A DNA stretch of 63,107 nucleotides, filler included, from Reticulomyxa filosa (GCA_000512085.1; 20 parts of 20 records of this genome joined end to end with filler, not necessarily neighbours in it); one strand, 5' to 3'; counted from the first letter of the whole stretch, positions 47,640 through 61,364 are shown. Numbers and translations: made by a program. Notes: generated by a model from the sequence alone, not told the origin.

Positions 47640-50600
47640 AGTTATTGAATATGTACATATATTAAAAAAAAATGTATATATAAAAAACTTTTTTAAGTAA
47701 TGGAACCAAATACAACGACAGGTAACAGCAACTTGGGACAGGTACACATAAATGACCAACCAAATACTGTTTGGAAAAGGAGATTGGAGGGGTCTAGGCT
47801 GCTGATATAAAATGTTGTTCGGCATGATCCAGCGCCACCAACACATTGCCAATATCCAAAATTTTTTCTTAATTCGCTAAATAATGGCGTAACTTTTGAA
47901 TGATCAATCCAATTATTGACGACATGACCGATGTTGTTACTTTTTGTAACAAGTGTGCAATAGCATTAGCTTCTCATTGCGTACCAAATTAAATCGTGTA
48001 ATAAAGTAGCGGTACCCAAATATATTGGTGAGCATAATATCAGTCCAATGAATTAAAACAATTGAAAAAGAGTGAAAGAGAACCTGGACTGTGTTTTGTT
48101 GTTGCTATCATAGGCATCACTGGCGCTGTGCTTGACATCGCCACACCCATCAAGAAGCTTCCGTTGAGGATGCACTATGTGAAAGTAGTCAATGAATAGG
48201 AGTGCGCAAAGCCACCACTTGCAGATGTGAATAGTCATTTTATAACGAAAGTAAAATTGACATAATGTCTTTTTTACTTTTTAAAACAAATCCAACGCGT
48301 GCCTCAAATATTATTTTTATTCATCATCATCATCCAATTCCTCCTATCTTCATTCTCTTGTTTGCTTGTGATAATGGCTTGGAGTTTCGCAATTGTCTTC
48401 TATTTCTTTGCTAATTCAGTTGCTGCTATCGTTGTAATATTGCAATATTGATATCGTTTCATTTCCATTTTACGCGATATTATCACATCTTTTTTCCTTT
48501 CTTCTTAACGAAGCTTGCCTTTGTAGTTGGATAGCGCCAAGATCCAGACCGTCGACAAACAAAAATTCTCATAGTTTAATCAACGATTCCAATAGCACAG
48601 AAAATTCGTTCAGTCGACCTTGATAGGAGACATACTTTGAACTTGGATAATGATCGTTGTTGGAAATTTCGCCAATCTATTCAACAATTTTTGGATTAAC
48701 GATACGATGAAGGAAGGTACCATTTCTATTTTCTTTTTTTACTTTTGGAGTATTCTTTTTTATTGCTTTCTTGAGTGCCATCTAACAAGTCTCTCTCGTG
48801 GTCAATAGTCGATACTGGAGGCAGTTCGTTAAAGATAGCTTACTATCCTCCCATTAACACGTGCATGATCCAAAATTCAAAACTTGCGCATGTGTGCACG
48901 CACACACAGATAGTTTCGATTGTTGTCATGGGCTTATAAAATTAGATTGCAATTTCCATTACGACCAATTTTCCATTGTTCGTTGGCGCCAGTATATTGC
49001 ATTTCGACACAACCTTTACGGATAATTGGCGTAGCACAGCGTCAGAGACTTGTGTCTATTCACGTTGATGATAAACAAATTCTTTATAATACTTCAGGCT
49101 ACCACTGATATATTCGTTCAACACTTTCCACTGGGATGCGCTATGGTAAGTTTGTCTACGGTTGCGAGTGGCGATTTTGCGCGGTTCGAGATTTAAAAGA
49201 GAAAATCAATAACCAAGTTCAATGAAGCCTATCAACTGTTATTTTTTTTTTCTCCTTTAACAAATCCAACGCAATATGGACCTAACATTCTCTTCCTTTT
49301 TGTTTATTATCCTCCTCCTCTTCCTATTCTTTCTTGCCAGTGTCTGGAATTTCGGCCCAACTAAATTAAATCATTTTTACATTGGATGATCCTCCCCGAT
49401 GTAGTGCTCGATCGCAATGTCGATTATTTTCTAACAGCGTCCACGTTCTTCTCTTCTTCATCTTCCAGTTTTCGCGTTCTTGAGTGCTACCCCCGTCAGT
49501 ATACGCACGATCCAAAATCTAACCGTGCGAATGTGCGTGCACACACGCAGTTTCGGAACGATTGCGCAATTTCTGCGTTAACAAAAATTAGAGCAATTTC
49601 CATAACAACCAAATGGTCTTTGTTCATTGGCTCTAACAGATCGCAGCTGGACATCTTCTTTAGTGCTGTGCCGCGCCGACAATTATCCGCAGAAACTTTT
49701 TGTGCACTTCTGTTGATGGAAAACGCTCTTTCCAATGCTTCGGGCTACAACTCCTTGAAATTACCACTTGTTCAGAATTTTCCTTTGGGGTGAGATATTT
49801 GAAGTTATCCACGTCAGCAAGTGGCGACTTTGCGCGTTTCCAGGAATGAAGAACGTTTCTATGGACAAACTCAACAAAACCAGCAGACTGATTATTTTTT
49901 TTAAAAAAACAAATTTAAAGCGATACGTACTTATCCTCCTTCTACTCATCTTCCTCTTCTTGCTTACTGGGTCTTGGCTCAAATTCCGCACAACTCCTCC
50001 GCCAAACCGAGCCACTTTCACACGGAATGATTCTCCATATGTAATCGTTTTCTCGATCTTTATGTGCATTGTTTCTTAACAACGTCCGCACCATTTTCTT
50101 GCTCGCCTTCCGCTTCTCCAGTCCAATCGCTGCTGCTGTTGTGAACATCGCCATGTTTATATCGTTTTCACTTTGCGATATACCATCATCTTCTTGACGA
50201 GCTTGTGCTTTTGTATCGGACGGCAGCAAGACCCAGATTGTTTGAGATTGGTCTGGGACAACCTTGATCCACTGTCCCAGTGCCACCATATAACGAACGT
50301 CTTCCAAATAAGAAGTTCATTCGACCTCGTTGTCCTTGTAATTAGGGACATATTTTGGCTTGGATAATGCTTGATTGGAAGTTCGCATATCGCAATGCGC
50401 CATTCACTGTTTGAGGCGATCCATCAGCATTTTTCTTTTCTTTTTCGTTATTGGACGTATTCTTTATTGCTATTTTTCATTTCTTGTGTGCCATGACCGG
50501 ACGTTATTTTTGAGCATGCCCAAGGTCCCAACAGTTTCAAATTTCAAAACTAACTATTCGAATCCAACTCCACCGACAAATTGGCGACCCACACTTCATT

Positions 50601-51150
50601 GCTAACCAAGTGATGTTCAATGTCGCCGGTAGACCAAGATTAAAATCACAAATTTGCGAATGTGCGCACGCACACAACGAGCTTTCATTGTTATTCTGCG
50701 CTTACAAAGTTGGCGCAATTTCATAACGACGACTTTCACTTGCTTGTTTGCGCCCATAGATCGAGTCCGACGACTTCTTTGGTAATGTGCCTCGCCAAGA
50801 ATTTTCTCCAAAGACTTGTGCGCATACACTGATGAAAATAAGTACTTTCCAAAGCTTCGATTTGATCTTGCTGGACATTGACTCACTTATTCAGCATTTT
50901 CCATTGAGTCATGATACGACAGCTAATCTACCAATTGAACCAATCACGACATAACATCCAAAGTGCGAAAGCGCGCACGTACACGACTAGTCCGATCTCC
51001 ACTCATCAGCTGTCCATCATCCTCTTTCTCTTTTTGTTTGCCAGCGATCTTGGCAATTTTCGCAACTTTTCCATAACTATAGTTGCATCAACGACGTCAG
51101 GCCACTTCCACTTTATAAGTTTGATGTTCGTGCGTGGGCCATACGCACTT
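47640..51150 (-). repeat. Tandem array of degenerate units (roughly 0.6-1 kb) of the same decayed family as 39907-41856
   Basis: VRAH-like motif near 48890, 49530, 50660 and 50970. AACAAATCCAACGC at about 48286 and 49259. GGAAACGCGCAAAG is shared with 40604-40617 (reverse complement at 49828-49841). Confidence 0.7.
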
Positions 51151-51179
51151 CTTCCAAGGTTTTTCGGGAACATTTCCCA

Positions 51180-51480
51180 CTTTTTTTTATTTTCTTTACA
51201 TTTTTTTGCTCTTTTTTTTTTTTCATATCTTCTTCACCTTTTTTTGCTCTTTTTTTCTTTTTTCTTATTTTTCTCATTTCAACTTTTTTTATTTCATTTT
51301 TACATTTTTTTTCATTTTTCAATATTTTCATTTTTTAATTTCTAATTCTTTTTATTTTTAAATAAATTTTTCACTAATTATTTTTTTCTTTCTTTTTCCC
51401 ATCTTTTTACATTTTTTTCTTTTTTCTCCCTTTTTCTTCAATTTTTCCATTATTTTTTCTATTTCTTTTCCCCCCCAAAT
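51180..51480. repeat. T-rich low-complexity tract
   Basis: About 300 bp made almost entirely of T runs with C/A. Confidence 0.8.
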
Positions 51481-52138
51481 TTCCCTATCCCTCTCATCTC
51501 AACAGAAATAAAAATAAAAAAAATAAAAAACAAAAAAACTCCCAATCATTTCGACTATCGAACTCTATAAATACATCACAAATGAAATAATTTTTTCATT
51601 TAAAAAACAAATAAACACATACATTTGCATTGGAGCTGAAAGCTCTTATTTCAATCTATCTATATTTTTTTTTGTACGGGGAGGAGGGAACACATATAAT
51701 TTTTTGATGGGGGGCATGCCTATTCACAAAAACACAAACATGCGTTTTATTAAAAATAAAAAAACAAAAAAATACAAACTCTATCATTTTTTTTGGAATG
51801 CAGGTTTGGCTTCAACCCCGATGTTTTGCTTTGGAGGGACGAGGAGGACGTATACTTTTTATTATTTTGTGACATAGGGTTGCGGCTGTAATTGATAACA
51901 CACAAAATCATTATGTTAAAAAAAATAAAAAAAAGAATAGATATAACAAACCTTATTTTCTCCTTGCGGANNNNNNNNNNNNNNNNNNNNNNNNNNNNNN
52001 NNNNNNNNNNNNNNTTAATTAATTAANNNNNNNNNNNNNNNNNNNNNNNNNNNNNNNNNNNNNNNNNNNNGCCGATAACATGGAAGACGACAACAACATG
52101 AGAGCCGACAACAGCGTTGAAGATGACAATAATATGAG

Positions 52139-52378
52139 AGCCGACAATAACATATGAGCCTAAAACAACGTATAAGTTAGAATTGACTTAAAAGTCAAAA
52201 CTAACTTAAGCGTCGACACAACATCATATGCAACACAACATCTCAATATCAAGTCCGATAATAATTTGATAGCCGACAATAACATATTAGCCGAAAACAA
52301 CGTATAAGTTAGAATTGACTTAAAAATCAAAACTAACTTAAGCGTTGACACAACATCATATGCAAAACAACATCTCAA
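52139..52378 (+). repeat. Tandem duplication with a 132-bp period, preceded by 18-bp-periodic units
   Basis: AGCCGACAATAACATAT... starts at 52139 and 52271. 52071-52156 reads ADNM-EDDNNM-RADNSV-EDDNNM-RADNNI*. Confidence 0.85.
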
Positions 52379-52469
52379 ATCGACATTCCAAACTGACAAA
52401 ACATCTCAAGTCGACACAACATTCCACGATCACATAAACACTAATAAAAAATATTTATATATAAATACA

Positions 52470-53316
52470 TACAAGCACCAAATTCAATATTAATTTCCGC
52501 CAGTCGAGTTATTTTCACCATTGGGTGCGTCACATGATGTTTTCCACTCGCATCACAGCAATCACACAAGTAGTAATTCTCACACACTGAACATTTATAA
52601 CGAATGCCACGAATCGGGCATGCAACGCACATATCACATTTCACGTTCAAGTGAACTCCTTGTCTCCGTTGTGTTCCTTAAAAAAAAAAACAACAATTTA
52701 TTGGAACACATATTTTTATTTGCGTAACAACCCCAAATTTTTTTTTTTAAACCAAACTTCCTCACGCCACATATCGACATGCATTTTCCATAATCCATTG
52801 TCTTTTCCATCAACAAAGGACAGCGTTACCAATTCGAGCATATCTGAAACCCAAGCACTAACGGCTTCTTCGTCTATATATTCGATATTTGTATTATAAC
52901 AAAACAAATACTTTTTGAAAAAGTCATGTTTGACAATTGCCTCAAATGGTTTTTCTGTCAACACTGATGGAACCACATCAGCCAAAGACACTTGCTCGCC
53001 ACGATCTTTACGCTCGCGCAGAACGCTTATTCTTTTCACTAACTCTGGTAACAATTGTTGAACGTTGTCGCTCATTAAAAATGATACTACATGAGGCCTA
53101 TAATTTTTTTTTATGTAAGAACTTTTAAGCTTTGGTAAAAAAAAAAAATGCATTACAAAAATACATACATACAAAAAAAAAAAAAAAAAAAAAAAATTAA
53201 AAAAATTAAAGTAGTTTAATTTTTTTACCAATCACAACATTCTGGTTCTTTTTCATTGTCTTTCTTTGATTCCTCCGTTTTAATCTCACTTTTATTGGCT
53301 TGCTTTGGCGACTGCT
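52470..53316 (-). CDS. ZZ-type zinc-finger protein (p62/NBR1-like), internal exons
   Basis: VKCDMCVACPIRGIRYKCSVCENYYLCDCCDASGKHHVTHPMVKI. Confidence 0.75.
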
Positions 53317-53537
53317 ATCCACAAACAAAATTCATTTTTTTTATTTAAAAAAAAAAATANNNNNNNNNNNNNNNNNNNNNNNNNNNNNNNNNNNNNNNNN
53401 NNNTTAATTAATTAANNNNNNNNNNNNNNNNNNNNNNNNNNNNNNNNNNNNNNNNNNNNAAAAAAAAAAAAAAAAAAGAAAATATAACAGTAGAGATGAG
53501 GATTATCATATCTAAAAAAAAAATAATAAAAAAATAG

Positions 53538-55100
53538 GGGCATGGAATATTTAGTACACAATCCATTTGCATATTTTGTTGTAGACGCCTCATTTTATTT
53601 AATAAAGCTTATTATGTTTGTGGTGTTATGGGGTCGAGCTCCTTGTACGTTTGTTTGTTTTTTTTTTAATGAACCCCCCCTCTTTATATATACATGTACA
53701 TATATAATTACAGCATATGACGATCGAATTGCTTTGCGCCAAGAAATGTTCAATGGCGGTATAATAATTGTGTTCACATTGATGGTATACTTGGTCTATG
53801 GAATGACGCTGTTGCTGAACGTATCGCGATATGTCCGACTATTAACCAGTCTCCCGCTATTTGCGATTGGAGTGAGCGGGTTCGTTTTGGTGAATACGTG
53901 GTGGCTGATCGACTACTCGGGCGTCCTCCATTCCATGGAAAAGGAAGACTATCGCAACGATCTCCACAAAGCCAATGCCGACAACGTGCAAACCCACGGA
54001 AACAGTGAAAACGGAGTGTCCTCTTTAGTGTCTCATGCCGTTAGTTTAACGGAGGTCATTAACAATAACAAAGGCTTTGAAGAGTTTATGAATCATTTGT
54101 ATCAAGGTATGCAAAATGCATTATTATTTTTTATTTTTTTATTTTTTGTGCATGCGCGCATGTGCATGAGTTTTTGTGCATGTGCTATTTGTCCACGCTC
54201 TTAGAGTTTTCATTTGAAAATCTACTATGTGTTGTTGAATGCAGTTACGTTCTTTTTTTTTTTGGTAACTCAACATATATATATATATATATGTATATAT
54301 ATTCATACATGTATATGTATTGTATGTTTTGCTTTTGATTTGTTTGGAACTCCATTGATTGTATTGTGACTTTTTTTTTTTTTTCTCCCTCTTTAGTACA
54401 ATTTAAAAAGTTTATGAAAACTCTCGTCCAAACGCCATCAGCGACGGGAGGTGGGACAGACGCGTCAGTGACGGCCGTCGACGCAAAATTTGAAATGCCA
54501 GAAAACAGTTGGATAGAACTCTTTTTAATAAAGAATCACGATCTGCCCAAATCGCAAATCGTGTTTAGTGACTGCGAACCCTCGGTCAAAGTGCTGAAAC
54601 TATGCCAAAAATATATCGTCAACGGCGCTGAGTTTCAAGTTAACGTGCTGAAAATATATGCCATCAATTTTAAAAAAATAAGATAAAATATCTCTTATTT
54701 CGTTCCAAGTTGAATCATCAATTTATTTGTTTATGTTTTTTTTTTTGTTGATAAATAAATATGCATAGGTGAATATTAGCTTCAACACACGTAACCAATT
54801 GGAGTACTACTTACAAAACAATATGCTTTCAACTATGGATTTACATCAGCTGTCTTGTATTTTTGACAAAACGGTCGTGGAATTGATCCGTCTCATGAAC
54901 GACTCTTACGCAGTTGAAATCAACATATTTCTTCGAACAAACATACACACACGGCACACTATGAAAAATTTTAATTGCTCTTTTTTTTTTGGTTTGTTTG
55001 TTTATTGGTTTTTTTCTTGGGACAGAGATTCGTTAACTCATCCGATCACAACCGACTATTCGAACATATCAACAAGAATCAGCCCAAAACACATTCGTAA
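53538..55100 (+). CDS. Multi-TM (7TM-type) RGS protein, 5'-partial, multi-exon
   Basis: Hydrophobic TM segments followed by the RGS domain: SLTEVINNNKGFEEFMNHL|EFSFENLL...KYIVNGAEFQ|VNISFNTR...IFDKTVVELIRLMNDSYA|RF. Stop at 55098-55100. Confidence 0.85.
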
Positions 55101-55706
55101 TGCGAATGTAACGAAAAAAAAATCACAGAAAAAATACATTTGTTTCGTTATTGCCATCTCTTCTTATTTTTATTTACGATTTTTTCCTTAAAAGCAAGCT
55201 GTCTTTGATGTGACTGAGTTTTTGGATGATTTTTTTTGTTGTTCGCTTTTTTTTTTTTTACTCTGCCATTTTTATGTTTGCGTGTTGGTTTTTTATATTA
55301 GTAAATTTTGGGTGTTATTTCTTAGTGGGCGACATTAAACAAATGACCCCTAAAAAAAAAGGATCTTTTTTTGTATCATGTGATATGTTATGTGTTTGCA
55401 AATGCAGTATTGGACTCCGCACAAACTTGCACAATATCCCATCCCCCTTTTTTTTTAAAAAAAAAAACATCACTGCACTGAGGCAAATCTAAAAAAGATA
55501 AAACATTAAGCGACGACAAGAATTGTGTTTTCCAAACGTGGGAATATAAAAGACAATAATAAAGTTTGGACAGAGGCCGAAAGGGTCGGGAGTATTTCTG
55601 ACAATTTCTTGAACCATAACATTAATTTAGAAAAAATCAAAACAGTACCGAAAACTCGAACAAAGCAATAGCATAAAAAAAAAAAAAGTCCAAACTGTGT
55701 ATTATT

Positions 55707-56483
55707 TCAATCGTCCACGTCCATGGTTTCAGTGGTTTTAGCATCAGTTTCATTTTGCACTGAGATGCGTGTGGACCAATCTTTTTGAGTAACTGATTGG
55801 ACTGCGACTGCGCCTGTGTCGACAGGACGATATGGGCCACGACGTTGACACGATGACGAAGTGAAGATTGGCTTGAATAAGACCAACGCGGCAATCAATT
55901 GACATTGCTGATGCACTTCTCTTTCTTGTGTTTCCTTTTCTTCAGTGACAAAGTCGTCAAACCGATATCCATTCAAGCCTTGCACAAGCGCGTTGGCTAA
56001 CTCCTTATCGAACATACGAACCCATGCTTTTCCACACAAAGACGGAAAATAACCCAGTTGCAAAACACCATTGCAAGGAATTTCACTCGTTTGGTTTTTA
56101 TTCTTTCCAATTGATAACGACCGGTAGATCAAATCGATCAATCCAAAATGCTTCACGAAACATGGGATGTTCCATAACACTACACACGTCGCTTCGTTTC
56201 TCAATGCTTCATTCGCATATACGGAATACTCCTTGATTTTGCTTAAAGTGGTTGCTGTGCTCCACTTTCCATCCACACCTTCAATCACACCGTTTTCGAT
56301 GAACAGGAACACATTTGGCTGGCTTTTTTCAATGCCAAGCGCTTCCACTTGTCGTGTCTCTTTTTTAGTGGTATCATCCTTTTCAACTTTTTGTTCCGAC
56401 TGTCTGCTCCTCTCTCTATGTTTGTTCCTGGCACAAATTCCCCCCTTTCCATCGCCGCAAAACTTCTTTTTAGATTCATTCAA
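55707..56483 (-). CDS. Putative RRM-containing protein
   Basis: TCVVLWNIP (RNP2-like) and GKAWVRMFDKELANALVQGLNGYRF (RNP1 plus helix). Confidence 0.55.
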   Translation of the reverse strand: MNESKKKFCGDGKGGICARNKHRERSRQSEQKVEKDDTTKKETRQVEALGIEKSQPNVFLFIENGVIEGVDGKWSTATTLSKIKEYSVYANEALRNEATCVVLWNIPCFVKHFGLIDLIYRSLSIGKNKNQTSEIPCNGVLQLGYFPSLCGKAWVRMFDKELANALVQGLNGYRFDDFVTEEKETQEREVHQQCQLIAALVLFKPIFTSSSCQRRGPYRPVDTGAVAVQSVTQKDWSTRISVQNETDAKTTETMDVDD

Positions 56484-57029
56484 ACAATATACGCTTCTAA
56501 GTTTTGTATTTTTCGATCCAGTAAAAATTATGGCTTCATTTTAGGGGGGTTTCCAAAGTCTTTCTACTTTTTGTCCCGTTCTTGATGTTACCTTTTTCCA
56601 TATTTTTATTTACTTGTAACTGCAACTCGCAAAATATTTTTTCTGTTTTGCTTTGAAAAGTACATTTCTTTGACCTTGCTAGTGACTCTTGTTTAGCAGT
56701 AATTTAAATTGTGTTACTATACTTTGAAAAACTTTTGCGTTGTGTTTTAAAATTTTATTTGGCTTTAAAAATACCAAACAATCACGCAATTTGCGGCATA
56801 TGTAGTAGTGCTTTTCCCCGTATTTTCAATTGAATTATCTCCAGGGAAACTGTATCATTCTTATTCCCTTCTTTTTTTTTTTTTTTGTCTGTCAAAATTA
56901 GTGTAAGCATGACAAGGCAAACCTACCACNNNNNNNNNNNNNNNNNNNNNNNNNNNNNNNNNNNNNNNNNNNNTTAATTAATTAANNNNNNNNNNNNNNN
57001 NNNNNNNNNNNNNNNNNNNNNNNNNNNNN

Positions 57030-58052
57030 CAGCAAATGCAACAAATGCAACAAATACAACAACAGCAACAACAGCAACAACAACAACAACAACATTCCAC
57101 TCTCAATAGCGTTAGTCCTAAACGCCATACTCTACAGCAGGTATATAATAGCCCCTCTCATCCTCTCGCTTTTGTGTCGACCAACCCCGTTGGTGCTCCT
57201 CGCAGCGGCAGCAATCACAGTACCCCCATCACCATTGCTGGATTTTCTAATGTTTTCTCCTCCTTCCCTCCCAATCCCAGTGCTAGTCTCCCCATTAGTC
57301 CCAATTATGGAACCGTCAATCAGTCCATGTTCGTCCCCTCCCCGGCTATCCCTCAAGGCGCCACCTATCCCGTTCACCAAAATGTATCTGGTTGTGTTGT
57401 TGTGTTTTGTCTTGCAAATGATATGCATATGAGAGATTGACAATAAATGTATATAAATATGTACAAATACATATATGTATATGTATATACTACATGTACA
57501 TATGCATGCATATATTGCTGCAAATGTATGAAAAAAAAAAAAAAAAAAAAATGGACAGGTAATAGCACAAATGAAAAATCAAAGCGAGTTGGTGATTCAT
57601 TCCAATCCGGCGAGTGGGGACGACATTTATGCAGATGTCGATGTGAAGCTATTGCAAAACGGCTTGGATGATCCGCTAAGCAGCCTTCCTTTGTCGCAGT
57701 CGATGGACAATCGATATTTATCGAGAGAGATAACCGACCACCCGTTGTCCAAGGCCAGCACGATCGAAAACGATAACATCCCCAATCACAATAGCAATAA
57801 CAACACGAACGGCAAAGACGACTACGAGAACGTGGCGACTGGTCTGCCTTTTCATTTGAAAAAATCGACTTTCCGTTTGCAATCGAGTCCTGATCACAAC
57901 CCTGATGAGGACGAGGAAAGGACAGAAGCAGAACAAGAGGAGGACGAAGAAGATGACGCGGAAATGGATGAGGAGAGGACTATTCAAGATAATATTCACA
58001 ATCAAAATAATGACAATAGCAATAACAATAATAATAATAATAATAATAATAA
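57030..58052 (+). CDS. Low-complexity (Gln/Asn/acidic) protein fragment, 2 exons
   Basis: Poly-Q exon, microsatellite intron at about 57384-57558, then an acidic/poly-N exon. No domain seen. Confidence 0.5.
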
Positions 58053-58152
58053 NNNNNNNNNNNNNNNNNNNNNNNNNNNNNNNNNNNNNNNNNNNNTTAA
58101 TTAATTAANNNNNNNNNNNNNNNNNNNNNNNNNNNNNNNNNNNNNNNNNNNN

Positions 58153-60096
58153 GCATAATTTGTCCACAATTTGATCATGAAGACTTTTTAGAATTACTGT
58201 GGCATCTTTTTCTTCTTTTTTCTCTTCACACTCTTTCATTGTTCCCTGATTTGGAGTCCCCAAAATGCAAAATAATAATCTCAATCGTTTTTCTTTTTCA
58301 GTCAGTGACTCTGGTTCTTCTATCTTCAATTCATTTTAAAAATTTTTTTGTATCATTGAAAATGTGAACAAAACAAAACATTCAAAACTTGCAAGGCCAG
58401 TTCTCTATTTTTTAAATCTTGTTGCCAATCGAACAAGTAAAACCCCAACTTTTGGAATTCCTCCAATTGCTTTTTATTCACATTTTTTATATCATTAATC
58501 AATATCGAAATACTTTCTGTGAAGAAATAACAAATAAACAAATAATTAATATTTGAAAAAAGACTCATTTCACATATAAACACATAGACAATTAACCTCC
58601 ATCTTGATTGATCAAAAAACAACATTCTTTGGAGTCATGCCACTTTTCACATAAATAAAATCCTTCTTGGCCAGTACTTTCAATTTTTTGTTCTTTTTCT
58701 TCCACATTCAGTTTTATGTTATTATATTGACGGCAGCATAATATTTTGGCCATTTCAATTACAGACTTGGTGACTTCATGTCTCCATTGAATAGACTTTG
58801 TATCTGTTTCCAAAAACTGATCCTTTAACAATTTCGACTGTACTAAAGGTACAAACTGCCGATATAAATATTTGAAAAAAGAGCATTGATGCGCTGGATT
58901 TGATTTACTTATTTCATTAAAGTGACTTTCCATAAATCTTCTCATTCTACCCTTTTCAAGATCGGGCATGGCGTTAGGATCAATATTTTCTTGTCCTTTC
59001 TCAGAACATCTTGAAAATGCACACACATCTATTGTTTTTTTTTTTTATAGAAAAAATGTAAAACAAATATCATTTGAAAGAACTTCAAATTTCCATTGAA
59101 AAATTTTTGCATCCATTTAATGGCATATTGTGCCTCTTTTCCAAATTCAAATTCGTTATTCTGAGCAGATACTTGAACAGTCGCAAATTTGACAGTAGAA
59201 AAGAATAAATAAAAGAACATTTTGGGTAATAAAGTACGCCTTGCACGATCCAAAGTAGAGGGAATTTCAATTAAAAAGATCATATTGGGATTGACATGGA
59301 AACATTGGGACATTTGGGAATTGGAATTGATATGTTGCAGAAACAACAATTCAAATAGAAAATCATTGATACGTTTTGAAACACAAGATGAAATGTTCAA
59401 ATGATAAATGATCAACGTACTCTTTTCATCAATGTCTGCATCTTTCACTTTATTGGAACAAGGATGATAACTCCAAAATCTATCCATTATTTTAACCAGG
59501 TCGATATTTTTGCTGTTAAAAGCAACACAAATTTCATGGACTGTCTTGGTTTTGTGTATTTCTCGAATCCTTTGGATATCTTTATGAATAAGTCTACTTT
59601 TTCCCATTGCAACTTGTTCTGATTTATACAGCTGTATCCATGGTGGTTCTGTGGAAATATCATGCACTCGACTATTGTTCCATTGATTACGATAAAGTTG
59701 AGACAATATTTGATTGGGAAGCCTTTGGAATGATAGATCGTGAAGCGTAACTTGGAATGGAGCAAGAATTTTACACAAATCATTTGTTGCATTGGATGAC
59801 ATAACTGCAAACATGTAAAAATTATTCTTCAATTGTTCCAATCGAATATCATTCAACAACAGCTCGTGTATATCTTGACAAATGTGGTTCAATGTTGTAA
59901 ATGCTAACTTTTCTGGATATACCAAACAATACAATGGTTTCGTTGAATTACGATTTGCTTCGGTCATTGTTATATGCGTTGTTGTGATTGTTATTGTCGT
60001 TGTTGGTGCTATTCTTTTGTTATTCGTGATGGCCCGAAATATTAAACAGGCAATATCTTCTTCGGTTGTTGTCTCATTGCAAATCAAAACATGTTC
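58153..60096 (-). CDS. RNF213 (mysterin)-like giant AAA+ ATPase, internal fragment, multi-exon
   Basis: ICNETTTEEDIACLIFRA, YCLVYPEKL, IQLYKSEQVAMGKS (Walker A), IIYHLNISS...DFLFELLFLQHI and FLIEIP follow the order of the RNF213 AAA1-AAA2 region as recalled. Confidence 0.75.
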
Positions 60097-60196
60097 NNNN
60101 NNNNNNNNNNNNNNNNNNNNNNNNNNNNNNNNNNNNNNNNTTAATTAATTAANNNNNNNNNNNNNNNNNNNNNNNNNNNNNNNNNNNNNNNNNNNN

Positions 60197-61120
60197 GTTG
60201 TCATTGCAGATGGACCAAACAAGACAGAAATGGGGTCCATGTTATTATGGTCGTTTGTATATTGACTATATATCAACGACGGACTATTCAATGGGTCACT
60301 CGTTGTCGACAAGATCCGGTCCACTTTTTGTTGACCATAGTGGTTCTGCACTTATCTCTGACACTTTATTTTCTTTACAAATTTTTTTTTTTTTTAAAAA
60401 AAAAAAAAAATTTATATAGATATATAAATATATACGTATACGTATACGTTTGAAAGAAAAAAAAAAAAATTATACATATATGTACATATATATATTTATT
60501 GTATTTTAGTAAACCAGAAAAGTCCGAATTGTGAATGATAGGCCTTGACGAGGTGGTCTTTGGGGTTTGATCGTATGTGTTTGGGATGACGACGTGCTCG
60601 AATTGCTGTGATAGGCCAACGAGTTGGGGGTTGGCCGCTTTCGGCTTGGACCTTTGGTCGGGGTGGTCGGGATGAATCGACGGATAGACCAGTCGATCCA
60701 TGGTTGTTTTGCTCACTCGTTTTTTATTTAATATTGATATCGCTTGGATCGATGGAGAGCTTTCTGCGTTTTGCTGTTGCTTGTTACATTGCCGTTTGTC
60801 GACATTTGCAATTGCATTTGCATTTGGTTTTGATATTGCATTTGACCTTGGCCTTGGCTTTGGCTTTGGCTTTGACCTTGACTTTGACTTTGACTTTGAC
60901 TTTGGGTTTGTGTTTGTGTCTGAGATCGGATCTCTATTTCACTATTCGACATATTTTTTGGGTCGTTTGTATTTGTATTCAAGTTGCTGTAATCGGCTTC
61001 GGAACGATCCGAACGTCGCCACTTTGACACACAATAACCCACACATATGCACAGCAACAACAAGCATAGACAACCTCCCACACTTCCTAATATTAGCACA
61101 AGAAAATTGAACGAATTCAT
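60197..61120 (-). CDS. Single-pass membrane protein with a (QS/QM) low-complexity cytoplasmic region, partial
   Basis: TM segment LVLILGSVGGCLCLLLLCICVGYCV followed by KWRR. Hexamer repeats. Downstream exons continue to the contig end. Confidence 0.5.
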
Positions 61121-61364
61121 CCTTATTTTTACACTTTCAAGTACAAGGTTAATGCTAATGTTGATGTTCCATTTTTATTCAAAAAAGAAAAATTTCCCAA
61201 GTCGGAAAACATTTTTGAAAGTTTGGCAAATTTTTTAATGATTTTTCTGCTACAAGTGTTGAAGACGGATACAATCAAGCAATAACAAAAAAAAGAAAAG
61301 AAAAATTGCATTCTGAAGTTATTCTATAAGATTTGCAAATATTTTTACATGGGGAAAAAAAAAA

